DNA of 64,000 bases from Macrostomum hystrix. Taxonomy: Eukaryota > Animalia > Platyhelminthes. The stretch is taken from assembly GCA_950097015.1 (NCBI GenBank), contig CATNEN010000003.1, forward strand, positions 13,082,001-13,146,000, written 5' to 3'. How positions within the stretch are numbered: the stretch's first letter is position 1; each line of letters starts with the position of its first letter. Below are positions 55,917 through 64,000 of the stretch, piece by piece. The translations under genes were made by a program, and so were the position numbers. The notes beneath the pieces are model-generated. The model made no database searches. It worked only from the letters and a program-made list of their open reading frames with translations, and was not told where the DNA came from.

Positions 55917-58900
55917 ATGAATCAGTCAATGATTAGCCAACCGCTTCAACATTTGGACAAGCTGATATCATCGACTGAATTTTCACCATTAGTCGCTGCT
56001 GCTTCCATCGACTTTAGGCTAAATATTTCTCCCAATAAGTTAGCCGAAAGCTTTCTAAACCAATTGTACGGCGAGAACGACCGATTTGGTGTCGACTCGA
56101 GTCCGATTAAGTCAACAGCTGGCAGTGGAGTGAGGCTGCCTTGTCTGAACGAATTGCCGGCTAATTGTACGTCGATGGTTCGAACCGACACGCTGGTTAA
56201 ATTTCGCGGTATGGTTCAGGTGAGTTTGCGTTGCACTACTTTTGTGGGATGTAGGCAATGTAGAGGAATCGTGAATAGCAACGGGAAGGACTTGAAAATG
56301 AAATAGTATGGTATAGAATGAATTGAGAATAGGAAGGGGTTGTGAACGGGATTATACTGTAAATAGAATGACATTGTGAACAGGATCGGATCGTGAATTA
56401 GATAATATTGAATGGGATGGGATTGTGAATAGGATAGGATTTTGAATAGGATGGGATTTTGAATAGGATGGGATAGGATTGTGAATAGGATGGGATTGTG
56501 AATAGGATGGGATTGTGAATAGGGTGGGATTGTGAATAGGATGGGATTGTGAATGGGATGGGATTGTGAATAGGATGGGATGGGATTGTGAATGGGATGG
56601 AATTTTGAATAGGATAGGATTGTGAATGGGATGGGATTGTGAATGGTATGGGATTGTGAATAGGATGGGATTGTGAATAGGATGGGATTGTGAATGGGAT
56701 GGGATTGTGAATGGGATGGATTGTGAATAGGATGGGATTGTGAATAGGATGGAATTTTGAATAGGATAGGATTGTGAATGGGATGGGATTGTGAATGGGA
56801 TGGGATTGTGAATGGGATGGGATTGTGAATAGGATGGAATTGTCAATAGGATGAAATTGTGAATGGGATGGATTGTGAATAGGATGTGATTGTGAATGGG
56901 ATGGAATTGTGAATAGGATGGAATTGTGAATAGGATGTGATTGTGAATTGGATAGGATTGTGAATGGGATGGGATTATAAATAGGATGGGATTATAAATA
57001 GGATGACATTGTGAACGGGGTTTGATCGTGAATGGGATAAGATTGAATGGGATAGTTTCGGAAATAGAATGTGATTGTGAATGGGATAGTATTGAAATGA
57101 GATGGTATTCTGAATAAGATAGAACTGTGAATAAGAGGAAATTAATGTTTGAAGACATTGTGAGTGTTAAGATATTGAGTATGGATAATGATTGTGAATA
57201 GTGTCTGATTTTGAGCGATATGTGCTTGTGAATAAAAGTATATTGTGATTGAGATTGCAAATAGGGAACAAATGGTATCAAACGGATTGAATTTTTGAAG
57301 TGAAAATGTTTCCGATTGATATCGAATTATGAATCAGGGATCTTAAAAGCTAAAATAACAAACAAACTGGGATAATAAAACTTATTTTCAACCCATTCGA
57401 CCCTTCAACAGGCCACTCTCGAGCCGGAGCTGTATCACAAATCCGCAGGATTATTCCGCGACCGTTGTCCAACCGGTTCGGAGTCGATGCTAACTGACGC
57501 GCAAGTGTCTGCCGCTGGCGGTTGGTCGAATCTTCTTGGCGAACGCCAGCGTTGCCTCTGCGTACCAGTGCCGCACGAGACGGCCTGGCTAAAATCGGAA
57601 TTATCCCAAAGGGATCGGATTGAAGAAGCCGAATTGGTTGGACTCTATGCCACTATGAGTGTTGGCGGCGACGATAAATTGGAACAGAAGGAATCTAATG
57701 AGAAACCTAGCGAAGCTAAGAAGGCTCGCTTGGGACAAGGCGGCGATGCGTTCTGTTGGAATGGCGACTCTGTGGAATTGTTAATCTATGCCGATGAGTG
57801 CAACCTGAGGGTGCACGATCTGGTTGAAACGGTAAGTCATTCTATTTGGATGCTTTCCTGAAGAATTGGAGACTTAGGGCTGTCGTTTTTCCTGAGGAAT
57901 CGGAGGTTTGAGAATTGAGATGAGAATAGCGGTTTTTCCTGAGGAATCGGAGGTTTGAGAATTGAAATGAGAATAGCGGTTTTTCCTGAAGAATCGGAGG
58001 TTTGAGATGGGGAAAGTGGTTTTTCCTGAAGAATCGGAGGTTTGAAAAGGCGAAAGCGGTTTTTCCTGAAGAATCGGAGGTTTGGGATAGGGAAAGTGGT
58101 TTTTCCTAATGAATCGGAGGTTTGAGATGGGGAAAGTGGTTTTTCCTGAAGAATCGGAGGTTTGAGATGGGGAAAGCGGTTTTTTCTAAAGAATCGGAGG
58201 TTTAAAAAGGGGAAAGTGGTTTTTCCTGAAGAATCGGAGATTTGGGGTGGGCAAAGTGGTTTTTCCTGAAGAATAGGAGGTTTGAGATCGAGAAAGCGGT
58301 TTTTCCTGAAGAATCGGAGGTTTGGGATGGGGATGGCGGTTTTTCCTGAAGAATCGGAGGTTTTGAATGGGGGTAGCGGATTTTCCTAAAGAATCGGAGG
58401 TTTGGGATAGGGAAAGCAATTTTTCCTGAAGAATCGGAGGTTTGAAAAGGGGAAAGCGGTTTTTCCTGAAGAATTGGAGGTTTGAAAAGGGGATAGCGGA
58501 TTTTCCTTAAGAATCGGAGGTTTGAAATGGGGATGGCGGTTTTTCCTGAAGAATCGGAGGTTTGAAAAGGGGGAAAGTGGTTTTTCCTGAAGAATCGGAG
58601 ATTTGGGGTGGGCAAAGTGGTTTTTCCTGAAGAATAGGAGGTTTGAGATCGAGAAAGCGGTTTTTCCTGAAGAATCGGAGGTTTGGGATGGGGATGGCGG
58701 TTTTTCCTGAAGAATCGGAGGTTTTGAATGGGGGTAGCGGATTTTCCTAAAGAATCGGAGGTTTGGGATAGGGAAAGCAATTTTTCCTGAAGAATCGGAG
58801 GTTTGAAAAGGGGAAAGCGGTTTTTCCTGAAGAATTGGAGGTTTGAAAAGGGGATAGCGGATTTTCCTTAAGAATCGGAGGTTTGAAATGGGGATGGCGG

Positions 58901-61239
58901 TTTTTCCTGAAGAATCGGAGGTTTGGGATGTGGATGGCGGTTTTTCCTGAAGAATCGGAGGTTTGGAATGGGGATGGCGGTTTTTCCTGAAGAATCGGAG
59001 GTTTGGGATGGGGATGGCGGTTTTTCCTGAAGAATCGGAGGTTTGGGATGGGGATGGCGGTTTTTCCTGAAGAATCGGAGGTTTGGAATGGGGATGGCGG
59101 TTTTTCCTGAAGAATCGGAGGTTTGGGATAAGGAAAGCGGTTTTTCCTGAAGAATCGGAGGTTTGGGATGGGGACGGCGGTTTTTCCTGAAGTCGGGTTG
59201 AGATCAATAGTTAGAATACCTGGAAAACAGTGAAAAGTAGGCAAATTAAAGCCAGGTTTCCCTGAAATTTAAAATCTCAGGTATTTATTGCACCGCCTAT
59301 TTCAGATCGCCATATTGTCTGTTGGTCCTATGCAATCGGACAACAATAGCGATGATGTCGCCGACAACGCTTCTGATTCAGATCCATGTCCGCCTAGTCC
59401 TTCAGTGTTTCGATTGCATTCTTTGACTCATCGCAAGCTAGCTAGTCAAGTGTTGGGCGCTTTCACTCCTGTTAATTTGCCAATTGAAAAGCTAGCTAAT
59501 GATTTAGATAATAATGCCGAACAAATTCAAGACGTCGATGACGACGAGGAGCTGGATAAAGACGATCCGCAATGGGCTTTTCTTAGAAACGCTCTTCTAG
59601 GCGTCCTAACAGAAGCTCTCCTAGGAGACAATTTAGCCGCTGAGTATCTGCTATTGCATTTAATATCGGCTGTTTATCTGCGCGGATTAACCGACTGTTC
59701 AATGCCTGACGATGATCCCGAAGCTGGTTTATTAGCCGTTGGCAAATTGTCCTTGAATCTGTCTTGCTGTCAGGCCCAATTGGCTCGTCACATTGGACGC
59801 CTCCTGGAACTGCTGGTGCCGCGACTATGCCGCCTGCCATTGAGTCTGGGCTGCTTGAATGCCGGTCAATTGACTCCGCAATTGGACTGCAACAGCTGCC
59901 GATTGAAACCGGGTCTGCTTCAGATGCCGTCTCATACTCAACTAGTGCTTGACGAGACAGCCATGGAGACAGGGCGGCTTAGCGAGAACGGATTAGCTAA
60001 TCTGAAAGCTCTGGGCAGATTAGTTTCTAGGCAGGCTGTGGAATTTGATTTGCAGATGTATAGAAAAGATTTCGCTGCCGATCTGCGCGTGCTGGTCGTT
60101 TCTGAGGTGAGTTGAGCTGCCTTTCGTGTAGTTGATTTGGAACTAAAAGTGTTACAATATCTTGCAATGGTTTTAAATTGTTTATTTTTTATGTCGATAC
60201 AGTCTCACTTTCCTCTATTGGGCCAGATGTGCAGACGACAGCACAGCCGCAGCTATTGCGCGACGCATCTGAAGGCTAGGGCTTCGGCTGTTCTGTCCAT
60301 GGACTGGGGGGGCGCCACACCCACCCTTTATCACCCAAGCTATTGCTGGTACCCATTTAACGGCTAGGAAACTGAACCAGTGCATATTCAAGTATTTAGG
60401 TATTTCGAAACGGTTTATTTGTGGATTTCAAAACTGTTTATTTAAGGATTTCGAAGCTGTTTATTTAGGTATTTCAAAGTTTTTTATTTAGGTATTTCGA
60501 AACTGTTTATTTAGGTATTTCGAAACTGTTTATTTAGATATTTCGAAACTGTTTATTTAGGTATTTCGAAACTGTTTATTTAGGTATTTCGAAACTGTTT
60601 ATTTAGGGATTTCAAAACTGTTTATTTAGGTATTTCGAAGTTTTTTATTTAGGTATTTCGAAACTGTTTATTTAGGTATTTCGAAACTGTTTATTTAGGT
60701 ATTTAGAAACGGTTTATTGAGGCATTTCGACACTGTTTATTAGTTTATTTTATTTTTCCTTTCATTTCCAGGGGAAATCTGTCCTACCCTGCGATCTACT
60801 GCTTCCCTTAGAGGCCAAAAATTTCATCTCACAATCTGCCACCGAATCGGATTTCAATCGCCTATTAGACAAGGTGACCCTAGATAAGCCGTTTCTGCGC
60901 GAGATTAGACGCTACCTGGCCGGTGTAACTCAGTTAGCGGTCGATACTCAGGCCTACTCAATCAGGGCCAATCAGCAGGCCTGGATCGAAGCCGATTTTG
61001 TAAGCCGCAGACAGGCTGCCAGAGCTAAATCTGCCAAGCATGGCGACGACTTCTCTACGGAGGTTGACGACGACGGTTCAACGGCCAACGATCTGGCGCT
61101 GAGGCTGGTGCTGTGCCGCCTCTTGACCCTGTCGCTTGGTCGGCGCAGGCCAACTAGATCGCTCTGGGATCGGGTCGCCCGGATGGAAGCTGAGAGAAAA
61201 CGTCGACAATTGAGGGCTTGTAAGAATTCTCCCGCTTGA
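55917..61239 (+). CDS. MCMBP: Mini-chromosome maintenance complex-binding protein, ~663 aa, 4 coding exons
   Basis: Exons 55917-56219, 57412-57831, 59306-60106, 60772-61239, all phase 0. Motifs LVKFRGMVQ, ERQ...CVPVP.E..W, LLGDNLAAEYLLLHLISAVY.R, GLLQM...T.LVLDET.ME.G.L...G..N, VSEGKSVLPCD. Confidence 0.92.
56405..57005. repeat. 17-bp minisatellite in MCMBP intron 1
   Basis: TTGTGAATAGGATGGGA units. Confidence 0.93.
57885..59192. repeat. 40-bp minisatellite in MCMBP intron 2
   Basis: GCGGTTTTTCCTGAAGAATCGGAGGTTTGGGATGGGGATG units with a 361-bp higher-order duplication. Confidence 0.96.
60215..60385 (-). mobile_element. SINE family B 3' portion in MCMBP intron 3
   Basis: Reverse complement of 53660-53840. 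Confidence 0.8.
60393..60742. repeat. 23-bp minisatellite in MCMBP intron 3
   Basis: TTTATTTAGGTATTTCGAAACTG units. Confidence 0.93.
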
Positions 61240-61499
61240 TTCAAATCACTGTCAGACTAGGACTGTTTGTACTTTTAGTACGGCTCTGCTGATTGAGTCA
61301 CGGTTAATCATTGTTTGTTGTGTACCTAACAGCTCTTCTTCAAATCACTCTATGGCACGTGTGTCTTCTTCCCCATTTTTCCTAATTTCCTCGTCTTCTA
61401 ATATTCCTCTTCTCCCCCTTCATATTCCCCTCTTTCTACCACCACTTTCAAAGTCGCCTCGTGATCTCTTCCCTTCCTCTTTTCCCCTCTTCCTGAAAA

Positions 61500-61770
61500 C
61501 CTCTTCCTTATCCCCTTTTCATCTTCCCTTCTTCTTTATCCCCTTTTCATCTTCCCTTCTTCTTTATCCCCTTTTCATCTTCCCTTCTTCTTTATCCCCT
61601 TTTCATCTTCGCTTCTTCTTTATCCCCTTTTCATCTTCCCTCTTCTTTATCCCCTTTTCATCTTCGCTTCTTCCTCATCCTCTCTTCATCTTCCCTTCTT
61701 CCTTACCCCCTAATCTAATCTTCCTTTCTTATCCCCTCATAATCTTCCCATCGTCCTTATCCCTTTTCTA
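61500..61770. repeat. 28-bp pyrimidine-rich tandem repeat
   Basis: TTATCCCCTTTTCATCTTCCCTTCTTCT units. Confidence 0.85.
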
Positions 61771-62254
61771 GTCCTTCTTCTCTATTTTCTCTCTAGCTCC
61801 CCCCATAGTAAAACTACACTTAAATTGGTGCTTTATAAAAATTCTCTGGTTTAATTTACTCGTAATTCTATGGACTTTGTGTTTTAGGCTGTATGTTATC
61901 AATTTTCTGCTGACAAACTTTCATTTTGAATTTTCGTTAGCTAGTTTTTTACTCATTAAAATGCAATTAATTTAGTAAACAAAAACTGCATTTTAAATAA
62001 TATTTTTTATTACTTTCAGTTCATTGAATAATACTTAACTAGTAAAACGACTGCATTTGAAATGTGTAACTCGTTAGAGCCATATTTTTTCTAACTTATG
62101 AAACAAGCGCTAATTTTTAATCCAACATTCATTAATTAACTATGACGGTTTGAAATTTTATGAAAAATTGCCCACTTTCGAAAAAAACTTTACCTTCTAT
62201 CAAGACTTTTGCTCGTTATTATTTTCCTGTGCCCTTTTAGCTGTACTTCTACAC

Positions 62255-63400
62255 CTCTCTACCCTACCTGTCCCTTCTCTACCCTACCTGTCCCCTATCT
62301 ACCCTACCTGTCTCTTCTCTACCCTACCTGTCCCCTATCTACCCTACCTGTCTCCTCTCTACCCTACCTGTCTCCTCTCTACCCTACCTGTCTCCTCTCT
62401 ACCCTACCTGTCCCCTATATACCCTACCTATCTCCTCTCTACCCTACCTGTCCCTTCTCTACCCTACCTGTCTCTTCTCTACCCTACCTGTCTCCTCTCT
62501 ACCCTACCTGTCTCCTCTCTACCCTAACTGTCCCCTATCTACCCTACCTGTCTCCTCTCTACCCTACCTGTCTCCTCTCTACCCTACCTGTCCCCTATAT
62601 ACCCTACCTATCTCCTCTCTACCCTACCTGTCCCTTCTCTACCCTACCTGTCCCCTATATACCCTACCTGTCTCTTCTCTACCCTACCTGTCCCCTATCT
62701 ACCCTACCTGTCTCTTCTCTACCCTACCTGTCTCCTCTCTACCCTACCTGTCTCCTCTCTACCCTACCTGTCTCCTTTCTACCCTACCTGTCTCCTCTCT
62801 ACCCTACCTGTCTCCTCTCTACCCTACCTGTCCCTTCTCTACCCTACCTGTCCCCTATATACCCTACCTGTCTCTTCTCTACCCTACCTGTCCCTTCTCT
62901 ACCCTACCTGTCCCCTATCTACCCTACCTGTCCCCTATCTACCCTACCTGTCTCTTCTCTACCCTACCTGTCTCCTCTCTACCCTACCTGTCTCCTCTCT
63001 ACCCTACCTGTCTCCTCTCTACCCTACCTGTCTCCTCTCTACCCTACCTGCCTCCTCTCTACCCTACCTGTCCCCTATATACCCTACCTGTCCCTTCTCT
63101 ACCCTACCTGTCTCCTCTCTACCCTACCTGTCTCCTCTCTACCCTACCTGTCTCCTCTCTACCCTACCTGTCTCCTCTCTACCCTACCTGTCTCCTCTCT
63201 ACCTTACCTGTCTCCTCTCTACCATACCTGTCTCCTCTCTACCCTACCTGTCTCCTCTCTACCCTACCTGTCTCCTCTCTACCATACCTGTCTCCTCTCT
63301 ACCCTACCTGTCTCCTCTCTACCTTACCTGTCTCCTCTCTACCATACCTGTCTCCTCTCTACCCTACCTGTCTCCTCTCTACTCCACCTGTCTACCCTTT
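62255..63400. repeat. 20-bp pyrimidine-rich minisatellite
   Basis: ACCCTACCTGTCTCCTCTCT, about 56 units. Confidence 0.97.
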
Positions 63401-63571
63401 ACTACACCAGTCTACCCTTTAACCCACCTGTCTACTCTCTGCTCTACCTGCCTTTCCTATGTCTTGCCTACCAAGACCGAGTGCTAAAATTGATTAATAT
63501 TTTCAGATTTTCCCTATCAAACGGTTTATAATTTAGATAAAATTAAATAAAATTAAAAAAAATTCGTGTAA

Positions 63572-63811
63572 ATGGATCGAGTGCTTCAGCACTTACCAGA
63601 TTGTCAAATTCAATTCGTCTCCGATGTCGCTAATAGAAATGGCGTTGAATATGACGACGAGGCGAACAATTTTCTATTGGGCCAGCAAAATGCTGAGCAA
63701 TTGGAATTCGTTCGCTTGTGCGCCAATCGGCACACCGTTGTACAACGCGTCGAAGCTCTGATTAAACGTCGTGGCGGCGCCGCGGCTCGAGTCCTACTAG
63801 ATGACCTGCAG
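63572..63811 (+). CDS. First coding exon (80 aa) of an unidentified gene continuing beyond the window
   Basis: ATG at 63572, open frame MDRVLQHLPDCQIQFVSDVANRNGVEYDDEANNFLLGQQNAEQLEFVRLCANRHTVVQRVEALIKRRGGAAARVLLDDLQ, donor CAG|GTGACT, coding-like GC content, acceptor-like TTTTCAG at ~63506. Absent from the ORF track. Confidence 0.65.
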
Positions 63812-64000
63812 GTGACTCTACCTTTTTGTCCATGTTTTTTTTATCCTACGTTTAACAATTGTTTTCTATGCACTAACATACCTAAGCCCTTCCTGCCTTT
63901 AATCTCTATATCTACCATATATACCGTTATCTACTCTTTTAAAATTATCTACCCTTTCTACCTATCTACCCTGTCTACCTTATCTACCCTGTCTACCTTA

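Noticed and set aside
57885-59192. CRISPR-like repeat-spacer appearance (constant ~28 bp plus variable ~12 bp)
   Set aside because: The variable parts are short related variants, the context is a eukaryotic intron, and there are no cas genes.
56352-63531. Long repetitive ORFs at 56352-57281, 58186-59244, 61352-61771 and 62150-63531
   Set aside because: All are translations of minisatellites.

Overview
Intron-containing animal genomic DNA, AT-rich and dense in minisatellites. The style suggests a free-living flatworm such as Macrostomum, but that is inference only. The ORF track fragments the real genes, so I rebuilt them by hand from GT-AG junctions and reading-frame continuity: METTL3 (-, 6 coding exons), a 3-exon ankyrin-repeat + Mab-21/cGAS-like nucleotidyltransferase (cGLR-type) fusion (+), hillarin (LIM + transglutaminase-like, +), a disrupted tandem-ankyrin pseudogene (+), MRPL16 (-), SNX5/6 (+), MCMBP (+) and the first coding exon of an unidentified gene at the right edge. 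The rest is about 16 different minisatellite arrays (mostly intronic), three tRNA-derived SINE families, two 5'-truncated LINEs with target-site duplications (TSDs), Gypsy and MULE/ZSWIM3-like relics and MITE-like elements. Main observations: (1) the ANK-cGLR fusion, which the ORF track splits into three ORFs, has an intact GS/DxD/D catalytic set; (2) sharply bounded CpG-depleted domains next to housekeeping-gene 5' ends, with sibling SINE copies as an internal control for methylation-driven decay; (3) intron-specific minisatellites carrying splice-site-like motifs; (4) a 100-bp inverted copy of hillarin coding sequence with a snap-back junction.
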